NCBI RefSeq assembly: GCF_000007985.2
Contig: NC_002939.5
Span: 1,020,001 to 1,052,000, forward strand
Direction of reading: 5' to 3'
DNA: 32,000 nucleotides
Source of the DNA: Geobacter sulfurreducens PCA
Lineage (GTDB): Bacteria > Desulfobacterota > Desulfuromonadia > Geobacterales > Geobacteraceae
The number at the start of each line of letters is the position of its first letter. The stretch's first letter is position 1. The translations under genes and the position numbers were made by a program. A model generated the notes under the pieces. It made no database searches and had not been told where the DNA came from. It was given only the letters and a program-made list of their open reading frames with translations. This document shows positions 23,391 to 31,420 of this stretch, one piece after another.

Positions 23391-24743
23391 ATGCAAACGA
23401 GAACGAGGATAACCCTCGGCCTGGTGGTTGCCATACTCTGCCTCACCATCGGCGTGGCCGCCGGATGGCGCTACTATAACCCTGCTGCCGACCAGGTCGG
23501 TGCCGAGCACCTGAGACTGTTCCGCGAGGTCGTCTCGATCGTGCGGAGCAGTTACGTGGAAGAGGTGAGCGGGAAAAAGCTGCTGGAAGGGGCCATCAAC
23601 GGCATGCTCGCCTCGCTGGACCCCCACAGCTCGTATCTTCCGCCGGAACCCTTCACCGAAATGAAGACGGAGATATCGGGGTCCTTCGGCGGCCTCGGCA
23701 TCGAGATCTCCATGCGTGACGGCAAACTGACCGTAGTTGCCCCCATCGAGGATACTCCCGCCTGGCGGGCCGGAATCCAGTCGGGCGACCACATCTGGAA
23801 GATCGACGATACTCCCACCCGCGGTCTCACCATCACCCAGGCGGTCAAGCAGATGAGGGGCGAGAAGGGGACCCAGGTCTCCCTCTCGATTCTGCGGAAC
23901 GGGAACGGAAAACCTCTCGTGTTCCCCCTGGTGCGGGACATCATCAAGACCAGGAGCCTCAAATCCCGGACTCTGGAGCCGGGTTACGGCTATGTCAGGA
24001 TAAGCCAGTTCCAAGAGCGGACAGGGGATGACTTTGCCGCTGCTCTTGCCAAGCTTCGGTCAGATAACGGCGGGTCCCTCAAGGGGCTCGTGCTCGATCT
24101 GCGGAATAATCCCGGCGGCCTTCTGGATGCCGCAGTGGCGGTGGCGGGGCGCTTCGTGGGTGAACGCCTCGACAACGGCCTCATCGTCTATACCGAAGGG
24201 CGCGAGCACTTTGCCAAGCGAAGCTACAGCGCCACCATCGGCGAGAAAGAGCCGCGCTACCCCCTTGTCGTCCTTATCAACGGCGGCAGCGCCAGCGCCT
24301 CGGAGATCGTGGCCGGTGCCCTCCAGGACCACGGCCGCGCCGTCATCATGGGAACCACCAGCTTCGGCAAGGGATCGGTTCAGACGGTGGTCCCCCTCAA
24401 GGATGGCGCCGGTCTCAAGCTGACCACGGCCCGTTACTACACCCCCAAGGGACGTTCGATCCAGGCACGGGGCATCGAGCCCGACATCGTCGTAGAACGG
24501 GCCGGGTTCAAGGAACTGCCGGACAAGGGCAGGGCCGGATTCCTCGAAAAGGATTTGGACAACCATCTGTCCGGGGCGGAATCGGGCGAGGGGGAAAAGA
24601 CCCCCGAGCAGGACGTGAAAAAGCTCCCGGCGGCGCCGGCGACTCCCGAACACGAGGTTGACAAGGATTATCAGCTTCTTCGGGCCCTTGAACTGCTCAA
24701 GGGCTGGGATGCCATGCGCAAGGTGGCCACCGCGAAGCACTAG
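23391..24743 (+). CDS. ctpA: Carboxy-terminal processing protease (S41 family, PDZ domain)
   Basis: 450-aa ORF with an N-terminal anchor and a PDZ region. The S41 catalytic region is LINGGSASASEIVAGALQDHGRAVIMGTTSFGKGSVQTV. Confidence 0.92.
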   Translation: MQTRTRITLGLVVAILCLTIGVAAGWRYYNPAADQVGAEHLRLFREVVSIVRSSYVEEVSGKKLLEGAINGMLASLDPHSSYLPPEPFTEMKTEISGSFGGLGIEISMRDGKLTVVAPIEDTPAWRAGIQSGDHIWKIDDTPTRGLTITQAVKQMRGEKGTQVSLSILRNGNGKPLVFPLVRDIIKTRSLKSRTLEPGYGYVRISQFQERTGDDFAAALAKLRSDNGGSLKGLVLDLRNNPGGLLDAAVAVAGRFVGERLDNGLIVYTEGREHFAKRSYSATIGEKEPRYPLVVLINGGSASASEIVAGALQDHGRAVIMGTTSFGKGSVQTVVPLKDGAGLKLTTARYYTPKGRSIQARGIEPDIVVERAGFKELPDKGRAGFLEKDLDNHLSGAESGEGEKTPEQDVKKLPAAPATPEHEVDKDYQLLRALELLKGWDAMRKVATAKH

Positions 24744-24775
24744 GCCGTTGGCCGAAATGGAGATGGTGTTGCCGA

Positions 24776-24811
24776 AACGGGACGTACTCAGCTGAGTACG
24801 TCCCGTTTTTT
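24776..24811 (+). terminator. Rho-independent terminator
   Basis: A perfect 15-bp-arm palindrome, ACGGGACGTACTCAG/CTGAGTACGTCCCGT, followed by TTTTTT. Confidence 0.8.
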
Positions 24812-24981
24812 GTTGCCGGACCCGTAGGTGCAATCCCCTCCCCACAGAGTGGCCTCTGCTCTGATTCGGGCCGATCCTGCCGGATTTCCGTTAAATTTTC
24901 CGCCTGATTCGCCGATAAGCTCGATAATGGCGCGACACGGGCGCTGCACCATGAAGGGGGCTACCAGCCTCGGGGGTAAGA

Positions 24982-27933
24982 ATGAACAGCAAACGATATC
25001 GCTCAGACACGCGACCGGCCGCATGCGCCATCCGCTTGCTTGCCGTGCTGGTTCTGCTGGCCGGTCTGGCGGCCCGGGCCGAAGCCGGGCCGGCCCTTCC
25101 GGTCATGGTCAAGGATATCAACACCGCATCGGTACCCGTCTCGTCCAGCCCCTCCGGCATGACGGCCAATGGCGGCATCCTCTTCTTCAGTGCCGGCGAC
25201 GGCGCCAACGGCCCGGAACTCTGGAAGAGCGACGGTTCCGCGGAAGGGACGGTGCTCGTCAAAGATATCAATGCCGGGCCCGGGCCGGGCACGCCTCAGA
25301 ATTTCTCCGTCATGAACGGGATCACCTATTTTTCCGCCATGGACAGCTTCCGCGGCGTGGAACTCTGGAAAAGCGACGGCACGGCTGCTGGGACGGTCAT
25401 TGTTAAGGATATCTACCAGGGGGGCGAATCATCCAACCCCCTGGAGTTGACAGTGGCAGGGAACACGCTTTTCTTTTCCGCCGATCATCCCGTCTATGGC
25501 AAGGAACTCTGGAAGAGCGACGGCACCGCCGAGGGAACCGTTCTCGTGGCCGATATCGCTGCGGAGGCGAGTTCGACGCCCCAGTGGCTGAGGGCGGTCA
25601 ACGGTACGCTCTTCTTCGCAGCCGACGACGGTCTCCATGGCCGGGAGCTCTGGAAGAGCGACGGGACGCCGGAAGGCACGGTGATGGTCAAGGATATCAA
25701 CCCCTTCGGCGGGTCCGATCCGGGCGAGATGGCGGTGTCCGGCGGCATCCTCTACTTTACCGCCGATGACGGTGAAAATGGCCATGAGCTCTGGAGGAGC
25801 GACGGCACCGCCGAAGGGACGTATCTGGTCGCCGATATAGCCCCCGGCGAAGAGAGTTCCTACCCCTTCGAGCCGGTGGGCATCAATGGCCTGCTCTATT
25901 TTACGGCCAATGACGGCTACACCGGGTACGAACTCTGGCAGAGCGACGGCACCCCCGAGGGGACGACGCTGGTGAAGGATATCAATCCGGACGGCGAAGA
26001 CTCAATGCCCTGGGGCATAGTGGGCATGGACAGGTACGTCTACTTCGCGGCCGATGACGGCGTCAACGGGTATGAACTCTGGCGCACCGACGGCACCATG
26101 GGGGGGACGGAGATGGTTGCCGACATCCAGCCCGGGATGGGCGGTTCCATGTACAGCTCTCCCCGGCTGGTGAACGGCATGCTCCTCTTTGCCGCCGACG
26201 ACGGAGAGCACGGCATCGAGATATGGAAAAGCGACGGCACTGCCGAGGGCACCCTCATGGTCAGGGATATCATCCCGGACGCCATGTCGTGGCCATCCGA
26301 GCTCATGGTGCATAACGGTACACTCTACTTCGCAGCCGACGACGGCGTAAACGGCACGGAGCTCTGGAAGAGCGACGGAACGGCCGAGGGCACGGTGCTG
26401 GTGCGGAACATTGCACCCGAGACGGCCAGCAGTCTTCCCTACCAACTGGCCGTGATGGGGACCACGGTATTCTTTGCCGCGGCCGATACCGATCTTGACT
26501 TTGATGTCTGGAAGAGCGACGGTACTGCTGATGGTACGGTGCTCGTCAAGGAGATCAATCCCGAAGGGTGGGCCTATCTGGACCGGTTGATGGTCGTTGG
26601 TGATACCCTTTACTTCCTGGCCGAGGACAACTATGGAGAGGCCAGCCATGGCATCGAACTCTGGAAGAGCGACGGCACCGCCGAAGGCACCAGGATGATC
26701 AAGGACATCAACCCCGGGCCCCAGGGGATATTCTTTCCCGGCAACCCCAATTATCCCTTCTCCATGGCCGCCGTCGGCACTACGGTGTATTTCCCCGGTT
26801 TTACCGCGGGCAATGGTCATGAACTCTGGAAGAGCGATGGTACCGCCGAAGGGACGGTCCTCGTGAAGGATATCAATCCCGTTTTCGATTTCTCCTCATT
26901 TCCCGACAGTTTTACCGCCATGAACGGAGCGGTCTATTTCGTGGCCGATGACGGTACGCATGGCGCCGAGCTCTGGAAGAGCGACGGTACCGCCGACGGC
27001 ACCCGGATGGTCAGGGATATCTATCCGGACGGCATCGGCTCCAGTCCCTTGTCGCTCACGGTCATGAACAACGTCCTCTACTTTAGTGCCGCCGGTGACG
27101 AAGGTGGCTACGGACTCTGGAAGAGCGACGGTACCGCCGAGGGGACCACGTTCGTAAAGGACACCTCTCCCTTCAATCACTCGCTTCTCCCTGCCTACCT
27201 GACCCCCGTAAATGGAACTCTCTTCTTCGCCGCCCACGACGAAAACGCCGGATTCGAGCTCTGGAAGAGCGACGGGACCACCGACGGCACCGTGCTGGTG
27301 GCCGATATCCTGCCGGGGGAAGGGGCGTCCAATCTGCGCTTGCTTACCGGCGTGAACGGTACCCTGTTTTTCGTGGCCGACGATGGAGTGCACGGCGAGG
27401 AGCTCTGGAAAAGCGACGGGACGCCCGAGGGAACGGTGATGGTGAAGGACATTTTTCCGGGGGATGGGATATCTGGCATCACCTGGATCAAGGTGATGAA
27501 CGGGATGCTCTATTTTGCGGCCGACGACGGAGTGAACGGCCTCGAACTCTGGCAGAGCGACGGAACCGCCGAGGGGACGGTGCTGGTCACGAACATCGTG
27601 GCGGGCCAGGGGAGTTCGTCTCCCTCGTATCCGGTGGTGGCGGGCAATACACTCTACTTTGCCGCTACTGACGGAGGCAGCGGCGTCGAGCTCTGGAAGT
27701 TTTCGCCCGATCCGCCCGATGGTGATCTGACCGGCAACGAGACACTGGAGATCCCCGATGTGCTGCGCGCTCTGCGGATTGCGGCCGGCATCGCGGCTCC
27801 CACCGTGGCCGACTTCATCCACGGCGATGTGGCCCCCCTTGACGGAAACGGCCGCCCCGCCCCGGACGGCGTGATAGATATGAACGACGTGCTGGTTGTC
27901 TTACGCAAGATGCTGGGCGTCGTGTCGTGGTGA
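24982..27933 (+). CDS. Secreted ELWxxDGT-repeat protein (about 17 repeats) with a C-terminal dockerin-like module
   Basis: 983-aa ORF with a signal peptide ending ARAEA. I count 17 copies of (E/D)LW(K/R/Q)(S/T)DGT..GT..V.DI at roughly 50-aa spacing. The C-terminus has two Ca-loop-like segments, GDLTGNETLEIPD and GDVAPLDGNGRPAPDGVIDMNDV. Confidence 0.9.
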   Translation: MNSKRYRSDTRPAACAIRLLAVLVLLAGLAARAEAGPALPVMVKDINTASVPVSSSPSGMTANGGILFFSAGDGANGPELWKSDGSAEGTVLVKDINAGPGPGTPQNFSVMNGITYFSAMDSFRGVELWKSDGTAAGTVIVKDIYQGGESSNPLELTVAGNTLFFSADHPVYGKELWKSDGTAEGTVLVADIAAEASSTPQWLRAVNGTLFFAADDGLHGRELWKSDGTPEGTVMVKDINPFGGSDPGEMAVSGGILYFTADDGENGHELWRSDGTAEGTYLVADIAPGEESSYPFEPVGINGLLYFTANDGYTGYELWQSDGTPEGTTLVKDINPDGEDSMPWGIVGMDRYVYFAADDGVNGYELWRTDGTMGGTEMVADIQPGMGGSMYSSPRLVNGMLLFAADDGEHGIEIWKSDGTAEGTLMVRDIIPDAMSWPSELMVHNGTLYFAADDGVNGTELWKSDGTAEGTVLVRNIAPETASSLPYQLAVMGTTVFFAAADTDLDFDVWKSDGTADGTVLVKEINPEGWAYLDRLMVVGDTLYFLAEDNYGEASHGIELWKSDGTAEGTRMIKDINPGPQGIFFPGNPNYPFSMAAVGTTVYFPGFTAGNGHELWKSDGTAEGTVLVKDINPVFDFSSFPDSFTAMNGAVYFVADDGTHGAELWKSDGTADGTRMVRDIYPDGIGSSPLSLTVMNNVLYFSAAGDEGGYGLWKSDGTAEGTTFVKDTSPFNHSLLPAYLTPVNGTLFFAAHDENAGFELWKSDGTTDGTVLVADILPGEGASNLRLLTGVNGTLFFVADDGVHGEELWKSDGTPEGTVMVKDIFPGDGISGITWIKVMNGMLYFAADDGVNGLELWQSDGTAEGTVLVTNIVAGQGSSSPSYPVVAGNTLYFAATDGGSGVELWKFSPDPPDGDLTGNETLEIPDVLRALRIAAGIAAPTVADFIHGDVAPLDGNGRPAPDGVIDMNDVLVVLRKMLGVVSW
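25190..27700 (+). repeat. Intragenic array of roughly 150-bp degenerate repeats (core GAACTCTGGAAGAGCGACGG)
   Basis: This is the DNA-level reflection of the ELWxxDGT protein repeats. The core recurs nearly identically many times. Confidence 0.85.
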
Positions 27934-27972
27934 CGGGAAGATAATCGGCAGTCCCGCGGCAACGGCAGCTTC

Positions 27973-28016
27973 GCTGCGCTCGGCGGTCACTCAACCGTTG
28001 AGCGCAGCTTTTTTTT
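27973..28016 (+). terminator. Rho-independent terminator of the ELWxxDGT gene, overlapping the 3' end of the convergent GGQ gene
   Basis: GCTGCGCTC-N18-GAGCGCAGC followed by TTTTTTTT. On the opposite strand the T-run encodes the KKK of the convergent ORF. Confidence 0.55.
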
Positions 28017-28310
28017 CATCCCTACCAGCTTCTTCTCCGTCAGTCGCTTTTCCCTGGCGCCTCTGGGCACCGTGGTGGCGATCCGCTTTTTCGCCTTACG
28101 TTCACGCTTTTCCAGCGCAATCCGCAGACGCTCCATGGCCTTCTCGCGATTCTGCGCCTGAGAGCGGCTTTCGCTGGCCTGGACCACGATTCCGGTGGGA
28201 AGGTGGCGGATGCGCACCGCCGAATCGGTGGTATTACGGTGCTGCCCGCCGGGTCCTGAAGCACGATAGTACTCCACCTTGATATCCGCGTCCCTGATGT
28301 CCACCGTCAT
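27987..28310 (-). CDS. Small RF-1-domain (GGQ) protein, ArfB/peptidyl-tRNA-hydrolase-like (107 aa)
   Basis: I chose the ATG at 28310 for its GGAGG SD. The sequence contains [29 protein letters not shown] with the GGQ motif, followed by a Lys/Arg-rich C-terminal tail. Confidence 0.8.
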   Translation of the reverse strand: MTVDIRDADIKVEYYRASGPGGQHRNTTDSAVRIRHLPTGIVVQASESRSQAQNREKAMERLRIALEKRERKAKKRIATTVPRGAREKRLTEKKLVGMKKKLRSTVE

Positions 28311-28563
28311 CGCAGCATCCCTCCTTTGATTCCGGTTGCCAGGGTAGCATGAAACGCGCAAGCTTTGCCACCGGTTGCAACCACCCGGCCTGCCTAAAAA
28401 AAATGGTTAAGAGACTTGTGCGTGAGCGATGTTTTATGTATCTTTACTAAGTAACCGATATCGTTACCCCGGGGCACGGACGCCCCGGGTGCCGGTTCCG
28501 GCGCCGGGGAGCGGTTTCCCGGACGCTACAATCGATACTGCTCTGAACATGCATGTCTGAGCG

Positions 28564-30810
28564 ATGACGGGGTCTGGTATGCCAGGGACGGCACAGCTGC
28601 ACCGGAATAAGCCCGCCGTCGGCGCCTATGCCGACGGTCCGGAGTATATCCAGGACGAACTCCGGTGGCTCGATCTCCTCATCCGTTACCGGCTCGACGG
28701 CCGGAACAGGGGCGGAGCCGATCCCTTCGGGCAGTTGCGGGGGCTCGTCCTCTCGGACGACGAGATCAACGGTCTGCTTTCGGGCGATGCCGGAGGAACT
28801 CCCGGAGCTTCGCCTGAGTGTGGCGCCGAACTGGCCGAGCTGGCGGCCGAAGTTGCGGACCGCCGCTCTGCCACACTCCGAATGGGGACAGCCCTCCCCC
28901 TTGCCGATCTTTCCCGCACGTTTCACCTATCTCCCTTTGAGGAGAAGTGCCTCCTCATCTGCCTTGCCCCCGAACTGGACCCGAAGTACGAAAAGCTCTA
29001 TGCCTATCTCCATGATGACGTAACGCGCCGACGGCCCAGCATCGGGCTGATCCTCGACCTCCTCTGCACCTCCTTCCGGGAGCGGGTGGCTGCCCGCACC
29101 GTCTTCGATCCCCGGGCTCCGCTGACCAAGTACCGTCTCGTACAGTTCATTCAAGCCACCCCGGACGGCCCTGTTTCTTTCCCCTCGCGCCAACTCATGC
29201 TCAATGGCCGGATTGCCGGTTACGTGCTGGGGCACGCCCAGCCGGACCCGCACCTGGCCGAAGCGGTCCGCCTGGTCCTGCCCGGCCCCGGCGGCACGGT
29301 ATCGCCGGTCGAAGATCGTAACCGGGAACGGGCACGGCAGCTGGTCCGTGCCCACCTTGCGGTGCACGCTTCGGGGGAGAGCCGACTGGTGCTGTTCTGC
29401 CGTGGCCCCCGGGGAGCGGGGAAGCGGGAACTGGTCGAGAGCCTGTGCCGCGACCTCGGCCTGTGGCTCCTGGTGGCCGATGTGGAGCGGATGCTGGCCG
29501 GAAGCCTTCCCTTCGGGGAAATGGCGTGGCTGCTTGGCCGCGAGGCCGCTCTTCAGCCGGCCGTCGTCTGTCTGGAGGGGATGGATGCGCTCCTGGCGGG
29601 GGACAATGACCATACCTCGGAACTCACGTCGCTCATGGACGCTATCCGGACCTTCTGCCGGGTCACGTTTGTCTGTTCCGGCCGCCCCTGGCGCCCCCGT
29701 GACCGGCATCCCTCCGACGTGTTCATTGAACTGGATTTTCCCCTTCCGGACGAAGGCACGCGGAAACGCCTGTGGGAGGATGGCTTGAGCGGAAGCCCCC
29801 TTGCGGCCGGCATGGGCGCGGCAGATGTCCTGGCCGGCACGTTCCGCTTCACCCCCGGCCAGATCCGCCAGGCACTGGCCGATGCCCGCGATTTGGCCGT
29901 CTGGCACGGAGGGGACGAGGCGAGCGGGGGGAGCGAAGCCGATCTGCTTCATGCCGCCTGCCGCGCCCGATCCCACACCCGCTTGGGCACACTGGCGCGG
30001 CGGCTCGAGCCCGTTCACACCCTGGACGACATCGTCCTCCCGGCCCTCCAGATGGCCCAGTTGCGGGAGATCTGCGCCCAGGTCCGCTACCGGCACCTGG
30101 TTTTCGGCCAGTGGGGATTCGACCGGAAGCTCTCCTCGGGCAAGGGGCTTACGGTTCTCTTTACGGGGCCTCCCGGCACGGGCAAGACCATGGCCGCCGC
30201 GGTGATTGCCCGCGAACTGGGGTTGGAGCTCTACCGGATCGATCTCTCCCAGGTGGTGAGCAAGTACATCGGCGAGACGGAGAAAAACCTGGAGCGCATC
30301 TTCGCCGAGGCGGAGACCGCCGGCGCCATCCTGTTCTTCGACGAGGCCGACGCCCTGTTCGGCAGGCGTTCCGAGGTGAAGGACGCCCACGACCGTTATG
30401 CGAATATTGAAATCGGCTACCTGCTCCAGCGGATGGAGGAGTACAGCGGCATCTCCATTCTGGCCACGAATCTCCGCCAGAACCTGGACGAGGCCTTCAC
30501 CCGCCGCATCCGGATCGTGGTGGAGTTCCCCTTTCCCGACGAGGAATACCGGGAAATGATCTGGCAGCGCATCTTCCCGCCGGAACTTCCCGTGGGGGAC
30601 GATGTGGACCTGGGATTCCTGGCCCGCCGGTTCAGAATCTCCGGGGGGGATATCAGGAACGTGGCCCTGGGCGCGGTCTTTTTCGCGGCCGAGGAGGGGC
30701 GGCCCCTGGCCATGGCGCACCTGGTCCGCGCCCTGGGCAGGGAGTTGCGCAAGACGGGAAAACCGTGCACCAGGGAGGAGTTCGGAGACTATCTGGAGAT
30801 GCTGGCGTGA
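28564..30810 (+). CDS. AAA+ ATPase with a long N-terminal extension (Afp15/Pvc15-like eCIS ATPase)
   Basis: 748-aa ORF. Walker A is GPPGTGKTMAA and Walker B is ILFFDEADALF, with a second-region-of-homology-like ATNLRQNLDEAFTRR. A DUF4255 gene follows immediately. The start is uncertain (28564 or 28579). Confidence 0.85.
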   Translation: MTGSGMPGTAQLHRNKPAVGAYADGPEYIQDELRWLDLLIRYRLDGRNRGGADPFGQLRGLVLSDDEINGLLSGDAGGTPGASPECGAELAELAAEVADRRSATLRMGTALPLADLSRTFHLSPFEEKCLLICLAPELDPKYEKLYAYLHDDVTRRRPSIGLILDLLCTSFRERVAARTVFDPRAPLTKYRLVQFIQATPDGPVSFPSRQLMLNGRIAGYVLGHAQPDPHLAEAVRLVLPGPGGTVSPVEDRNRERARQLVRAHLAVHASGESRLVLFCRGPRGAGKRELVESLCRDLGLWLLVADVERMLAGSLPFGEMAWLLGREAALQPAVVCLEGMDALLAGDNDHTSELTSLMDAIRTFCRVTFVCSGRPWRPRDRHPSDVFIELDFPLPDEGTRKRLWEDGLSGSPLAAGMGAADVLAGTFRFTPGQIRQALADARDLAVWHGGDEASGGSEADLLHAACRARSHTRLGTLARRLEPVHTLDDIVLPALQMAQLREICAQVRYRHLVFGQWGFDRKLSSGKGLTVLFTGPPGTGKTMAAAVIARELGLELYRIDLSQVVSKYIGETEKNLERIFAEAETAGAILFFDEADALFGRRSEVKDAHDRYANIEIGYLLQRMEEYSGISILATNLRQNLDEAFTRRIRIVVEFPFPDEEYREMIWQRIFPPELPVGDDVDLGFLARRFRISGGDIRNVALGAVFFAAEEGRPLAMAHLVRALGRELRKTGKPCTREEFGDYLEMLA

Positions 30811-30823
30811 CAGGGATGGAGCC

Positions 30824-31420
30824 ATGAGCGACTACACGGTGATTGCCGATATCGGGGCCACGCTGATCGGCCTGCTGCGGGAGAGCATGGGCGACCTGCT
30901 GTCCGCCGACGCCATCGCGCTTCTCTCTCCGGCGGAGCTGGAAGGGCAGGACATCCGCCTGACCCTCTTCCTCTATGCCGTGAGCGAGAATCCGCACCTG
31001 AAGAACGCCCCGGCCCCGCCGGCTTCGCCGGGTATCCGCCGGGCCCCGCCGCTCCACCTGGACCTTTCCTACCTGCTCACGGCCCACGGCTCACGGCTCA
31101 TCACCGACCGGACCGAACGCTCCTTGGAGGAGCACCGGATCCTGGGGCGGGCCATGCGGGTACTCTACGATAACTCACTGCTGACGGGATCGGTCCTGAA
31201 GGGCGGTCTGGCCGGATCCACGGCCCAGTTCCGGGTGAATCTCCAACCCCTTGCCCTGGACGACCTGTCCAAGATATGGACTGCTCTGCCCAACAACGCC
31301 CTCAAGGCATCGGCAGGGTACCAGGTGACCCCGGTGGCCATTGATTCCACCCGGTCCACCGGCGGGAAACCCGTGGTGGAGAGGACCCTGGAGTACTACC
31401 AGAAAGGGGCCGGGTTATGA
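30824..31420 (+). CDS. DUF4255 / Pvc16-N-like protein (contractile injection system cap/terminator family)
   Basis: 198 aa from the ATG at 30824. The segments DIRLTLFLYAVSENPHLKN and PLHLDLSYLLTAHG match the conserved pattern of the Pvc16_N family as I recall it. Confidence 0.8.
   Translation: MSDYTVIADIGATLIGLLRESMGDLLSADAIALLSPAELEGQDIRLTLFLYAVSENPHLKNAPAPPASPGIRRAPPLHLDLSYLLTAHGSRLITDRTERSLEEHRILGRAMRVLYDNSLLTGSVLKGGLAGSTAQFRVNLQPLALDDLSKIWTALPNNALKASAGYQVTPVAIDSTRSTGGKPVVERTLEYYQKGAGL

Noticed and set aside
24813-24981. A possible c-di-GMP/cGAMP (GEMM-I) riboswitch in the 170-nt leader of the ELWxxDGT gene. Such riboswitches are common upstream of surface-protein genes in Geobacter.
   Set aside because: I could not find the conserved GEMM-I cores (the ACGCAAAGC-type segments, or the GNRA tetraloop/receptor arrangement). 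Only generic GC-rich sequence is present. A CM scan would be needed to be certain.
25190-27700. Regularly spaced near-identical 20-nt cores that could be mistaken for a CRISPR array or another spaced repeat.
   Set aside because: The period of about 150 bp is too long. The repeats are in-frame, coding for ELWKSDGT inside one continuous 983-aa ORF. The intervening segments are also homologous to each other, and there are no cas genes.
28366-28378. TGCCACCGGTTGC resembles a sigma-54 -24/-12 element upstream of the eCIS operon.
   Set aside because: The -24 element is TGC rather than TGG. The spacing to TTGC is 6 nt instead of 8, so the GG/GC dinucleotides are out of register.
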